Shown here in pieces: positions 1 to 11,049 of a stretch of 64,000 nucleotides of DNA. The number at the start of each line of letters is the position of its first letter. Position 1 is the stretch's first letter. The translations under genes and the position numbers were made by a program. Source of the stretch: an uncultured bacterium (lineage in GTDB: Bacteria > Bacillota_I > Bacilli_A > RFN20 > CAG-826); the NCBI GenBank assembly GCA_949297305.1, contig CASFSG010000019.1, positions 133-64,132 on the forward strand, written 5' to 3'. The notes beneath the pieces are model-generated. The model had not been told where the DNA came from and searched no databases. It saw only the letters and a list, made by a program, of their open reading frames with translations.

Positions 1-222
1 TAATGGATCACCTCGAAGAAAATTATCTAATGTAGTTTTTCTAATTTGAACATTTTCAGGATTGTTGACATCGTCGCCAATCGGACCAGAAAAATGCACA
101 ACCTGATTGTTTCCAACATAAATTCCATAATGAATATAAATCGCATTTTTTCTTTGAACGGCTAATATGTCGCCCTTTTCAGGTTTTTTATCTTCATAAA
201 ATAACGGGTTGTTTTTGTCCAT
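1..222 (-). CDS. LRAT/NlpC-P60-like papain-fold protein, N-terminal 74 codons (gene runs off left edge)
   Basis: Manual reverse-strand read from ATG (complement of 220-222): MDKNNPLFYEDKKPEKGDILAVQRKNAIYIHYGIYVGNNQVVHFSGPIGDD... HYGIYVG resembles the His-box of LRAT/NlpC-P60 enzymes. Not in the ORF track because it has no stop in the window. Confidence 0.45.
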   Translation of the reverse strand, partial: MDKNNPLFYEDKKPEKGDILAVQRKNAIYIHYGIYVGNNQVVHFSGPIGDDVNNPENVQIRKTTLDNFLRGDPL

Positions 223-287
223 CTATTTTATTATACACGATTATCTTTTTATTGCTTAAGTTCTTTTAAAATTTGTAGAATAAAAAT

Positions 288-1064
288 ATGATTAAGATAA
301 TCTTTTTTGATATCGATTGGACGATTTATGATCATAAAGTTAAATCTTTCAACATGAAATCTCTACGAGCTATTAAAAAAGCTCAAAAGTTAGGTGTAAA
401 AATCTTTATTTGTACTTCGCGAAGTTATCATTCGGTAGAGACGCTTGGCCTATTTGCGTATTTGAATCCAGATGGATTAATCACCAGTAATGGATCGTTA
501 GTGATAATTGATGACGAAATTGTTCGTTTAGAAAAAATTGCTAGCGAAGATATGATCAAAACAATCGAAGTTATCAAATCTCATCATTTAACAATGGAAT
601 ATGTCTGTCCAAAAAATGTTTATTTGGTTGCCCCTAAAAACGATTATGTTGATAAGTTGTTCGCGGTTTATTATGAAGATATGCCAGAAGTTAAAGATTA
701 TGAAGGAGAAGATGTTGTAACTTGTCTATTGTTTGCTCCTAGTGAATATGATGATATTCTAATTAAAGAACTGCCTTCTAAAATTAAATATTATCGTTTT
801 GATGATTATGGTGTTGATTTATCAAGCGCTTCATATAAAAAAGGTGATGGTGTTAAAACCGTTTTAAACTATTTTGGCTATCGAAAAGATGAAGCGATGG
901 CCTTCGGTGATGATTTAGCAGATATCACAATGTTTAATGAAGTAAAATTCTCTATCGCAATGGGTAACGCAAAAAAAGAAGTGAAGGATTCTTCGTTTTA
1001 TGTTTGTGAAAACATTGAAGAAGACGGAGTTTATAATACATTAAAAAAATTTGACTTAATATAA
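288..1064 (+). CDS. HAD-superfamily Cof-type (IIB) phosphatase
   Basis: N-terminal FFDIDWT (DxDxT) nucleophile motif, TSR motif, C-terminal GDDLADITMF (GDxxND-like) motif. Size about 258 aa is typical of Cof hydrolases. Confidence 0.8.
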   Translation: MIKIIFFDIDWTIYDHKVKSFNMKSLRAIKKAQKLGVKIFICTSRSYHSVETLGLFAYLNPDGLITSNGSLVIIDDEIVRLEKIASEDMIKTIEVIKSHHLTMEYVCPKNVYLVAPKNDYVDKLFAVYYEDMPEVKDYEGEDVVTCLLFAPSEYDDILIKELPSKIKYYRFDDYGVDLSSASYKKGDGVKTVLNYFGYRKDEAMAFGDDLADITMFNEVKFSIAMGNAKKEVKDSSFYVCENIEEDGVYNTLKKFDLI

Positions 1065-1151
1065 GAATTTAATACATTGTTTGTCCTATTTTCTATAACA
1101 ATAATCATTTTCATTATTGCAAAAATATTTTAAGTATTTTTTAATATAGAT

Positions 1152-2606
1152 ATGAAAAAGAATTTTGGGGTTTTGATGCCCGTTGCCTCCCTATGTTCTC
1201 GCCATGGGATAGGTGACTTTGGGGAAGCGAGTTTTTATTTTATCGATTATCTAAAAAAGCAAAGATATCATTATTGGCAAGTGTTACCACTTAATCCCTT
1301 AGGACCTGGGGAATCTCCTTATATGTCTACTTCGTCTTTTGCTTTAGATTATCGTTATATTTCTTTAGATTTATTAACGGAGGAGGGGCTACTTGAACGA
1401 ACTCCTGATTACGCGAAGTTCGCAAGACAATGTGTCTTTTGGAAGATTGGAGAGTTTAAGAAACCATATTTGTATAAAGCTTATAAAAAGTTTATGGAAT
1501 TACACCCCCGTGTATTATCACGCTTTAAAGAAGAAAATCCCTGGGTTAGTAAATTTGCTACCTTTACTGTCTTCAAAGATATGAATGATCAAAGGCCATG
1601 GTTAGAATGGCCAAAATGGCAAAGAGAATATTATAATGAACACAATCATGTGCCTCGCGCCTATTTAGATCAAATTAATTTTATTATCTTTATGCAATAT
1701 ATAGCCTTAAAGCAGTGGAAAAATGTTTTAAAATACGCCCATAAAAAAGGAATCGAAATTATTGCTGACATGCCTTTTTATGTTGGATTGGATTCAATGG
1801 AAGTTTGGCTTAATCGCGATCAATTTTTACTCGATGAAAACAATGTACCTTATTTAGTAGCTGGAGTACCACCGGACGCCTTCTCTGACAAAGGTCAATT
1901 ATGGGGTTCGCCAATTTATAATTTTGAGAAAATGAAAGAGAATGATTATCGCCTTATGGTTGAACGCACGACATATTTAGCAAAGCTATGTGATTATTTA
2001 AGAATAGACCACTTTAGGGCTTTTGATACTTACTATGTTGTGCCTCAAGGTAGAGAAGATGCAATTATTGGTGAGTGGCGAATTGGACCACGCGATGATT
2101 TCTTTAGAGCGTTATATCAAAAGATGCCTGAAATTAGGTTGATTGCTGAAGACTTAGGCGAATTATTTCCTAGTGTTTTAGAGCTACGCGACCGCTTGAA
2201 TCTCCCCGGTATGTTTATTGTTCAATTTACTATTTTTGATGATAATGCGCATAGTAATAAAAATATGATTGTCTATAGTGGCACGCACGATAATGAAACA
2301 CTTTATGGTTGGTTTAAATCGTTAAATGAAGATCAAATTTTTAAATTAAAAAGAAAATTGAATTATCAATATGGTTCATTATTCGATCTATTAATGCGTT
2401 ATGTTTTTACAATTGATAGTAAGATGACTATTATTCCCTTACAAGATTTAATGAAGCTCGATAATCGTGGACGAATTAATACACCTGGGACAGTTGGTGA
2501 ACCTAACTGGATGTGGCGATTAAGAAAATGGGAAGATTTAAACAAAGTTCGTTATCCTAAAAAATCGTTTTTTCGCAAAAGGAATTGGGAGTACCGCGAA
2601 TATTAA
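1152..2606 (+). CDS. malQ: 4-alpha-glucanotransferase (amylomaltase, GH77)
   Basis: GIGDFGE, LPLNPLGPGESPYMSTSSFA, RIDHFRAF, IAEDLG and GTHDNET are classic GH77 MalQ blocks. Confidence 0.9.
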   Translation: MKKNFGVLMPVASLCSRHGIGDFGEASFYFIDYLKKQRYHYWQVLPLNPLGPGESPYMSTSSFALDYRYISLDLLTEEGLLERTPDYAKFARQCVFWKIGEFKKPYLYKAYKKFMELHPRVLSRFKEENPWVSKFATFTVFKDMNDQRPWLEWPKWQREYYNEHNHVPRAYLDQINFIIFMQYIALKQWKNVLKYAHKKGIEIIADMPFYVGLDSMEVWLNRDQFLLDENNVPYLVAGVPPDAFSDKGQLWGSPIYNFEKMKENDYRLMVERTTYLAKLCDYLRIDHFRAFDTYYVVPQGREDAIIGEWRIGPRDDFFRALYQKMPEIRLIAEDLGELFPSVLELRDRLNLPGMFIVQFTIFDDNAHSNKNMIVYSGTHDNETLYGWFKSLNEDQIFKLKRKLNYQYGSLFDLLMRYVFTIDSKMTIIPLQDLMKLDNRGRINTPGTVGEPNWMWRLRKWEDLNKVRYPKKSFFRKRNWEYREY

Positions 2607-2629
2607 ATCTTCCGCAAAACATTAATATT

Positions 2630-3565
2630 TTATTTTAAATCTTCAATATTTATATCTTTTAGATGCGATTTAATTTTGCTTTTAAAAATAAACAATTTTC
2701 GTGAAATATAATTCCAAATCATACTAACCAACGTTTTTAAAGCAAAAAAGAATGTAAACCAGAAAAATATCATAAAATTCCAATCGGGTGTAAATATTTT
2801 ATTGGCCCATTTATTTATATCAATATGAAGCAAATTCTCTCCTATTAAATAAAAGATTTCCATTAGGCCAATTCCTATTAATAAGCCGATTGCACTCAAA
2901 ATCACAAATACCATAATAGTTTTGAATGATTTTCGTTTTGTAACTTTTTGATCAATATTTTTATATACCCAAAAAGCGGACAATAAATAATTTATTATTA
3001 CTCCAATTAAAAACCCAATCATTGTACAAATAGCCGTAATCCATTCATCTGATAATATTGTAGCGTTTTTAAATATTACATTTGAAAACAGGGAATAAGA
3101 ACCATAATCTACTAAAGTGGCAACAACTCCAACGACAGCAAATTTTACTATTTCATATAGGAGATGTTCTCTAGCGGGTTGATAGTATTTTTTAGATACA
3201 TATTCAACTAATTTTATTGAAAAACCTATGACTAAAGTTTTAATGTCAAAATTATAATCATCGATTATTTTTTTATCTTCTTCATTATTGAATATCATTA
3301 AATCAACTAATCTCAAATAATGGTTAAATAAATATTTTAAATATTCTTTTTTAAAGAATGTCTTTTGTTTGCTTATTTCTTTTAATAATAATGATCCGTT
3401 GACAATATTTGGAATGTGATTTTTCCTTGCTTTTTTAAGCAAAAATAAATTTTTAATGCTTAAGTCTTCAAGATAACAAAACGAATATGGTATTTTTTGG
3501 TAGTCTTGTTTATTATTAATATCGATGATTTTCTCATTTTTTGCTAAATTAATGTAGAATTTCAT
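2630..3565 (-). CDS. GtrA-family membrane protein with an extra N-terminal ~140-aa soluble domain
   Basis: C-terminal half has 4 predicted TM helices beginning KFAVVGVVATLVDYGSYSLF (GtrA-like signature). The N-terminal domain has no motif I recognise. It is the only complete minus-strand gene in the first 60 kb. Confidence 0.55.
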   Translation of the reverse strand: MKFYINLAKNEKIIDINNKQDYQKIPYSFCYLEDLSIKNLFLLKKARKNHIPNIVNGSLLLKEISKQKTFFKKEYLKYLFNHYLRLVDLMIFNNEEDKKIIDDYNFDIKTLVIGFSIKLVEYVSKKYYQPAREHLLYEIVKFAVVGVVATLVDYGSYSLFSNVIFKNATILSDEWITAICTMIGFLIGVIINYLLSAFWVYKNIDQKVTKRKSFKTIMVFVILSAIGLLIGIGLMEIFYLIGENLLHIDINKWANKIFTPDWNFMIFFWFTFFFALKTLVSMIWNYISRKLFIFKSKIKSHLKDINIEDLK

Positions 3566-3602
3566 AAAAATAACTATAATACAAATTGGTTATAATTAAA
3601 AT

Positions 3603-4190
3603 ATGGATAAGATTTTAATACATCATCGATTATATGATTTACTTGAAACTATTGCCGAAAATGATGATTATATTATCAATATTGTTCAACATCATAATCA
3701 AACATTTAAGGCATTTTGTTTTAAAAATCTCGATGCCTACAATAATTATCTAAAAAACTATATTAAATTAAAAGAATCAGCCATAAATTTACCTAAACTT
3801 ATTAAAAAAGATAATCGAAACGGTTTCTTAGTATTCAAAAATCTTTCAGGCGATAATTTAAAGGATATATTATTAAAGCGCGAGCTGAATGACGAAGAAT
3901 TTTACGCTTTATTTATTATTGAATCTTTCGCGCGATATTATAAAGTCGCTTTAAATTATTTACCCGAAAACTTTTTATATTTTAAAAAGCGCATTTATTA
4001 TTTAGATAACTATGTCAGTGATGAACATAATCCAAACCAATTTATTGAAAATGATCTTTTATATTATTTGCCGACCAAAGTGAGGCTAAATTATCTAAGA
4101 AAATTTAATGAAAATTATCAATGCGAATGTTTAGAGGGGGCTAGGTTGAGCAAACAAATTGTTTTGACCGCTATTAAATTTAGGAGGTAA
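3603..4190 (+). CDS. hypothetical protein (195 aa), probably co-transcribed with prs
   Basis: Open frame ending 4 nt before the prs start. The prs Shine-Dalgarno (AGGAGG) lies in its last codons. No recognisable motif. Confidence 0.5.
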   Translation: MDKILIHHRLYDLLETIAENDDYIINIVQHHNQTFKAFCFKNLDAYNNYLKNYIKLKESAINLPKLIKKDNRNGFLVFKNLSGDNLKDILLKRELNDEEFYALFIIESFARYYKVALNYLPENFLYFKKRIYYLDNYVSDEHNPNQFIENDLLYYLPTKVRLNYLRKFNENYQCECLEGARLSKQIVLTAIKFRR

Positions 4191-4194
4191 TTTC

Positions 4195-5100
4195 ATGTTG
4201 AATAATGTCGTTTTGTTTCATTTATCTGCGAATAAAGAATTAACTGAAAAGGTTGCTAAGATTCTAAACTTAAAAATTGGCAAAGTCGAATTAGAACATT
4301 TTGCTGACGGTGAAATAATGGCTAGAACATTATCTAATGTTAGTGGCAAAAAATGTTACATTATTCAATCGACCGCTAAACCGGCAACCGAGCACATTTT
4401 CGAACTTCTTGTTTTTATCGATTCCTTAAAGCAGAATAATGCAAAGGAAATAATTGTAGTAATGCCTTATTATGGTTACGCTAGGCAAGATCGCGTTGCC
4501 AGAAAAGGCGAACCGATAAGCGCGAAGATGGTCGCTAAACTTTATCAAGCTGTTGGTGTTGATCGTATTATAACGGTCGATTTGCACACCTCACAAATTC
4601 AAGGATTTTTCTCTTGCCCGGTTTATGAAATTAGTCCAAATGATTTATTTGCAGATTATTTATCTAAATTGTTTATAAAGAAGCATGTCGATTATCATAA
4701 TTTAGTAATTGTTTCACCAGACCATGGTTCCTCTTTGAGAGCTCGCGATTTATGTTCAATGTTTGATGGTGCTTCTTTGGCAGTAATTGATAAGCGTCGT
4801 CCCGCCCCGAACAAGTGTGAAGTTACCAATTTGGTTGGTGATGTTAAAAATAAAATATGTGTCATTATCGATGATATTATTGATACATGTATGACGATTA
4901 ATAACGCTACTGAAAAACTGCTGCAATGTGGTGCAAAAGAAGTCTATGTTGTAGCGACTCACGCTGTTTTATCTAGTAATACTTTCGTCAAAGATATTAA
5001 AGAAGTAATTGTAACTGATACTGTAGAGAAAAATTTGGATAATATTGTCGTTTTATCGATTGCTCCATTAATTGCTAGTGTCATTAGTGATGATAATTAA
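4195..5100 (+). CDS. prs: ribose-phosphate pyrophosphokinase (PRPP synthetase)
   Basis: FADGE, YYGYARQDR, VSPDHGS and IIDDIIDTCMT (PRPP-binding loop) motifs. Confidence 0.9.
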   Translation: MLNNVVLFHLSANKELTEKVAKILNLKIGKVELEHFADGEIMARTLSNVSGKKCYIIQSTAKPATEHIFELLVFIDSLKQNNAKEIIVVMPYYGYARQDRVARKGEPISAKMVAKLYQAVGVDRIITVDLHTSQIQGFFSCPVYEISPNDLFADYLSKLFIKKHVDYHNLVIVSPDHGSSLRARDLCSMFDGASLAVIDKRRPAPNKCEVTNLVGDVKNKICVIIDDIIDTCMTINNATEKLLQCGAKEVYVVATHAVLSSNTFVKDIKEVIVTDTVEKNLDNIVVLSIAPLIASVISDDN

Positions 5101-5165
5101 TTATCGATAGTCGAATTGAATTAAAAGTGGTACTATTATATGGCTAAAAATGATCGGAGATTAAA

Positions 5166-6734
<1,569 letters not shown>

Positions 6735-6735
<1 letters not shown>

Positions 6736-7766
6736 TGGATATCAATGATTTTGATTATGACTTGCCTGAAGAATTGATAGCTCAAGAGCCAAGCGCTGTT
6801 CGTTCAGAGTCGCGCTTACTTGTCGTCAATAAAAAAAATGGAACCTATCAAGATAAAATTTTTAAAGATATTATTGATTACTTTCATCCTGGCGATGTTC
6901 TAGTTAGAAATAACACTAAAGTTTTACCAGTTCGTCTTTTTGGAATTAAAGGGGGGACAAACGCTCATGTGGAAATACTTTTGTTAAAAGATTTAGGTAA
7001 TGATGTTCATGAGGCCTTAACAGGCAATGCAAAGGCGGTTAAAAAAGGTAGTATCATTCATTTCGGTAATAACACATTAAAAGCAGAATGTATAGAGGTG
7101 AAAGATGAAGGCATACGTTTGTATAAATTTTATTATCAAGGGATATTTTTAGAACGACTTGAAGAGGTCGGCAAAATGCCGTTACCCCCTTATATTCATA
7201 AACAATTATTGAATAATGATCGTTATCAAACTGTATATGCAAAAGTGGCGGGCTCAAGCGCTGCGCCAACAGCTGGATTTCACTTTACCGAAGATTTATT
7301 TAGCCAACTTAAAAAGAAAGGCGTTGAAATTTTAGATATAACTTTACATATTGGTTTAGGAACCTTTCGCCCGGTCAAAGCAGCAACAATTGAAGAACAT
7401 CATATGCATAGTGAATATTATGAGATATCTCCTATGGTTGCTAAGCAACTAAATAAGGCAAAAACTGAGCATCGACGCATAATTGCCTTAGGTACTACTT
7501 CGACTAGAACCCTCGAAGCAAATTTTTCTAAATATGGTTGTTTTAAAGATAGCAAAGAAGAAACTAATATCTTTATTTATCCGGGGTATAGCTATTGCGC
7601 TATCGATGCTTTAATCACTAATTTTCACTTGCCTAAATCTACTTTAATTATGCTTGTCAGTGCTTTTATGGGAATGGAATTCACTTTAGAAGTGTATCGT
7701 CATGCTGTGAAAGAGAAATATCGTTTTTTTAGTTTTGGCGACGCTATGTTTATTTATGATGAATAA
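6735..7766 (+). CDS. queA: S-adenosylmethionine:tRNA ribosyltransferase-isomerase
   Basis: FDYDLPEELIAQEP, PLPPYI, APTAGFHFT and GTTSTRTLE motifs. TAATG overlap with the tgt stop. Confidence 0.9.
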
Positions 7767-8400
7767 GGTCAACTATCATTTAATTGGCGAACAAATTATA
7801 AGCGATTTGCAAAAAAATCACCGCAAACCAAGGTTATTATTGCATGCTTGTTGTGCGCCTTGCTCCTCTTATCCTCTACGTTATTTATGCCCATATTTTG
7901 AGGTGACGATTTACTATGCTAATTCAAATATTTATCCAGAAGAAGAATATTTGAAAAGGCTAAATGAACTAAAAAGATTTTTAAAAGAATTTGATCTAAA
8001 AGAAGGTTATCGGGTAAATTTAATAATACCTCCATATAATTTGGCGTCTTATGAACAATTTCTTGATGATTATAAAGATTATAAAGAAGGTTCTTTACGT
8101 TGTTTTATGTGTTATGAAAAAAGAATGGATGAATCCTATAAATACGCATCTGAAAATGATTATGAATATTTTACAACAACCTTAAGTGTTTCTCGTTTCA
8201 AAAATTCCTTAAAAATTAATGAAATAGGCGCTAAATTAGAACAAGTTTATCCAAATACAAAATATTTATATAGTGATTTTAAGAAAAAGAACGGAAATCT
8301 AATTGTCAAAAAAATGAAAGAAGAATATTCTTTATATCAGCAGCTTTATTGCGGCTGCAAATATTCTTTATTAGAACGAAAAGAGCATATTAAAAAATGA
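7756..8400 (+). CDS. queH: epoxyqueuosine reductase QueH (DUF208 family)
   Basis: LLLHACCAPCSSYPL plus downstream C..C and YCGC cysteine motifs typical of QueH. Start set at ATG 7756 (7759 is also possible), overlapping the queA stop. Confidence 0.8.
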   Translation: MMNKVNYHLIGEQIISDLQKNHRKPRLLLHACCAPCSSYPLRYLCPYFEVTIYYANSNIYPEEEYLKRLNELKRFLKEFDLKEGYRVNLIIPPYNLASYEQFLDDYKDYKEGSLRCFMCYEKRMDESYKYASENDYEYFTTTLSVSRFKNSLKINEIGAKLEQVYPNTKYLYSDFKKKNGNLIVKKMKEEYSLYQQLYCGCKYSLLERKEHIKK

Positions 8401-9758
8401 AATTTTTATTTCGTATGTTTGCAAAAATTACTGGTGGACCTTTTTTTGCCTTATTTTTAAGATTGAGGAAATATCATCTTAATCCTTGGAAAAAAGTTAA
8501 GTTAAATAAGGAAGGTGCTATTATAATTGCTAACCATACATCAACGGCTGATTTTTTTATTTTATTACTTGCGTTTTGGCGAAAATATATCCATATGTTA
8601 GTCGGTGAAGATTTTTACCGTAAGAAGTCTTGGGGTAGAATGTTAAATCTAATCGGCGCCATTCAAGTAAAACGCAATTTGCAAGACATGTCCTTTATGG
8701 GTGAAAGTCTTAAAATTTTAGAAAAAGGCGGTTATATAGGTTTATTTCCCGAAGGCCGATTTAACAAAACTAAAACCTTAAATCCTTTTCAACCAGCGGT
8801 TGTTTATTTAGCTTTAAAATCTAATAAACCGATTATTCCTACCTATTTAGAAAATAATGCCGGTACTAAAAAAAGATCGCGAATTATCATTGGGCAAAAA
8901 ATATATGTTCGTGATTACATTAAATCAAGCAACCCGTCCAAGGAAGAGATTGATCGATTTTTACTTTTATTGCAAAACAAAGTAAACGAATTAAAAAAGC
9001 AATTACGCGTTTATAAAAGTGTGCCAGTTTATGGCTTTATTAATTTTCACTGGTGGCTTTTAGAAATTGTTCGTTTAATCTTTATACCTTTAACATATAT
9101 CGTTTTTCCTACTAAGTTTCATTATCTGGATGGGGCAAATAGAAAAAAAGATTTAAATATTAAAGGTGGTGGGCTTATTTTATCTAACCATCGAACTTTT
9201 TATGATCCACCAGCCATCATGATTCATTATGGCTATCGCCGTGTCCACGTAATTATGGCTGAAGATGCCACTTTTAAATTTAAGTGGTTCTTTAAGGGCA
9301 TTGGATGCATCATTTATCATCGTCAACATGGCGCTAATGATCCGCGTTGTTTTATGACGACCATAAATTATTTAAGAGGCCATGGCGTTGTTGCACTATA
9401 TCCTGAAGGTCATCTAACTCGCGGCAAAAAGATGTTGCCACTAGAGGATGGGGCTGCTTATTTTGCGCTTTCTGGAAATGCGCCTATTTATTTTTATTAC
9501 ATGAAATATCAACATAAACCCTTCAAAATGAACCATATTTATATCCTTCCTCGTCTTGATCCTAAGGATTATTTTACAAGTGAAGAACTCGCTGATAAAA
9601 ACACCATTTCACAACTAACGAAAATTATTCATGATAAATTCTCTTATTTAGAAAATTATGCTTTTTCTGATCAAAAAACTAATCGCAAAGAGATGGATAA
9701 GTGGTACAAGCCTATCGACATTAAACACCCATCCGAAAGTGAAAAAATTGAAAAATAA
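8397..9758 (+). CDS. tandem-domain lysophospholipid acyltransferase (two PlsC/LPLAT domains)
   Basis: Two complete motif sets. Domain 1: NHTSTAD, FPEGR, PFQPAVVYLA. Domain 2: NHRTFYD, YPEGH, PLEDGAAYFA. A hydrophobic helix (WWLLEIVRLIFIPLTYIVF) lies between them. Confidence 0.7.
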   Translation: MKFLFRMFAKITGGPFFALFLRLRKYHLNPWKKVKLNKEGAIIIANHTSTADFFILLLAFWRKYIHMLVGEDFYRKKSWGRMLNLIGAIQVKRNLQDMSFMGESLKILEKGGYIGLFPEGRFNKTKTLNPFQPAVVYLALKSNKPIIPTYLENNAGTKKRSRIIIGQKIYVRDYIKSSNPSKEEIDRFLLLLQNKVNELKKQLRVYKSVPVYGFINFHWWLLEIVRLIFIPLTYIVFPTKFHYLDGANRKKDLNIKGGGLILSNHRTFYDPPAIMIHYGYRRVHVIMAEDATFKFKWFFKGIGCIIYHRQHGANDPRCFMTTINYLRGHGVVALYPEGHLTRGKKMLPLEDGAAYFALSGNAPIYFYYMKYQHKPFKMNHIYILPRLDPKDYFTSEELADKNTISQLTKIIHDKFSYLENYAFSDQKTNRKEMDKWYKPIDIKHPSESEKIEK

Positions 9759-9783
9759 TTAAAAAATCAATAATTTATTTATT

Positions 9784-9804
9784 AATTCGCAGCGAATTTT
9801 TTTT
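9784..9804 (+). terminator. rho-independent terminator after the acyltransferase gene
   Basis: AATTCG-CAG-CGAATT hairpin followed by a T-run. Confidence 0.55.
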
Positions 9805-9837
9805 AGTCGATTAAATGTAATATTTTAAATTTTTTTC

Positions 9838-9866
9838 TTGCATTATATTTTATATAATAGTAAACT
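9838..9866 (+). promoter_or_regulatory. candidate sigma-A promoter of the S10 operon
   Basis: TTGCAT (9838-9843), 17-nt spacer, TAAACT (9861-9866). Confidence 0.4.
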
Positions 9867-9874
9867 CATTTTCG

Positions 9875-9964
9875 TTAGCGCACTCTTGACTATTTGAGGT
9901 TGCTGATACACAAGCAGGCGTTGTCATGAATCTCGTATCAGGTAATTCAAATAGTAAACGCTAA
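9875..9964 (+). promoter_or_regulatory. structured 5' leader of rpsJ (long imperfect hairpin)
   Basis: Nested complementary arms: TTAGCG 9875-9880/CGCTAA 9959-9964, CTATTTGA 9890-9897/TCAAATAG 9947-9954, CTGATAC 9903-9909/GTATCAG 9935-9941. Confidence 0.45.
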
Positions 9965-9989
9965 AAGTCTGTTAGAAAGGAAATAATTC

Positions 9990-10301
9990 ATGGCAAAAGT
10001 AAAATCTATTCGGGTTCGTCTTCAAGCTTATGACCATAAGATCCTTGACTTAAGTGTTGAGAAAATCATTATGACTGCGAAGAAGACTGGGGCTAATGTG
10101 GTCGGCCCTATTCCGCTACCGACGGAAAAACAAGTTTATACAATCTTGCGTGCTGTTCATAAATACAAAGATAGCCGTGAGCAATTCGAAATTCGTACCC
10201 ACAAACGTTTAATCGATATTACTAATCCTACGAAAGATACTGTCGAAATGCTTCGTCGTCTCGATCTTCCTAGTGGAGTTGATATCGATATCAAATTATA
10301 G
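9990..10301 (+). CDS. rpsJ: 30S ribosomal protein S10
   Basis: [14 protein letters not shown]...[14 protein letters not shown]-type sequence. First gene of the S10 operon. Confidence 0.97.
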   Translation: MAKVKSIRVRLQAYDHKILDLSVEKIIMTAKKTGANVVGPIPLPTEKQVYTILRAVHKYKDSREQFEIRTHKRLIDITNPTKDTVEMLRRLDLPSGVDIDIKL

Positions 10302-10318
10302 GAAGGAGATAGTCTAGT

Positions 10319-11047
10319 ATGAAAGCAATTATTGGACGCAAGATGGGCATGACAGAAGTCTTCGCTAAAGATGGCTTAATGTATGCTGTAACTGTCGTTG
10401 AAGTTCTTCCTAATTATGTCTTACAAGTGAAGACTAAAGAAAAAGATGGCTATGATGCTCTTCAAGTTGGTATTGAAGAACAAAAAGAAAGCCGCGTTAA
10501 TTCACCTTTAAGAGGTCATTTCAAAAAGGCTGATGTTGCACCAAAGCAAATCATTCGTGAGCTTAAGGGCGATGAATTAACGAATTATAAAGTCGGAGAT
10601 GTCTTAAAAGCTGACTTATTTGTTGCCGGAGAAAAAATTGATGTCATTGGAGCCTCTAAAGGTAAAGGTTATTCTGGCACTATTAAACGCTATGGCCACC
10701 ATATTGGTCCTAAGGGTCATGGTTCCGGTTATCACCGTGGCCAAGGTTCGTTTGCTAATAATGGCCGTTGTAATAACCGCGTTTTACCTGGCAAAAAGAT
10801 GAGTGGGCACCATGGTAATTTATCTTCGACAATTCTTAATCTCGCAGTTATCGAAAGCAACGCTGAAAAAAATTATATTTTAGTGAAAGGCGCGATTCCT
10901 GGTCCTAAAAAAGGTATTGTCATGATTCGTTCAGCAATTAAGTTCTCTAAAAAGAATACAATCGATGTGCATGAATTAGTCGATTTTACCCCCGCTAATG
11001 AAACGCCAGTTGAAACCGCTATCAAGGAAGAAACGAAAGGAGAATAA
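10319..11047 (+). CDS. rplC: 50S ribosomal protein L3
   Basis: [19 protein letters not shown] and HGS..HR..GS blocks. Operon position. Acidic C-terminal tail. Confidence 0.95.
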   Translation: MKAIIGRKMGMTEVFAKDGLMYAVTVVEVLPNYVLQVKTKEKDGYDALQVGIEEQKESRVNSPLRGHFKKADVAPKQIIRELKGDELTNYKVGDVLKADLFVAGEKIDVIGASKGKGYSGTIKRYGHHIGPKGHGSGYHRGQGSFANNGRCNNRVLPGKKMSGHHGNLSSTILNLAVIESNAEKNYILVKGAIPGPKKGIVMIRSAIKFSKKNTIDVHELVDFTPANETPVETAIKEETKGE

Positions 11048-11049
11048 AA

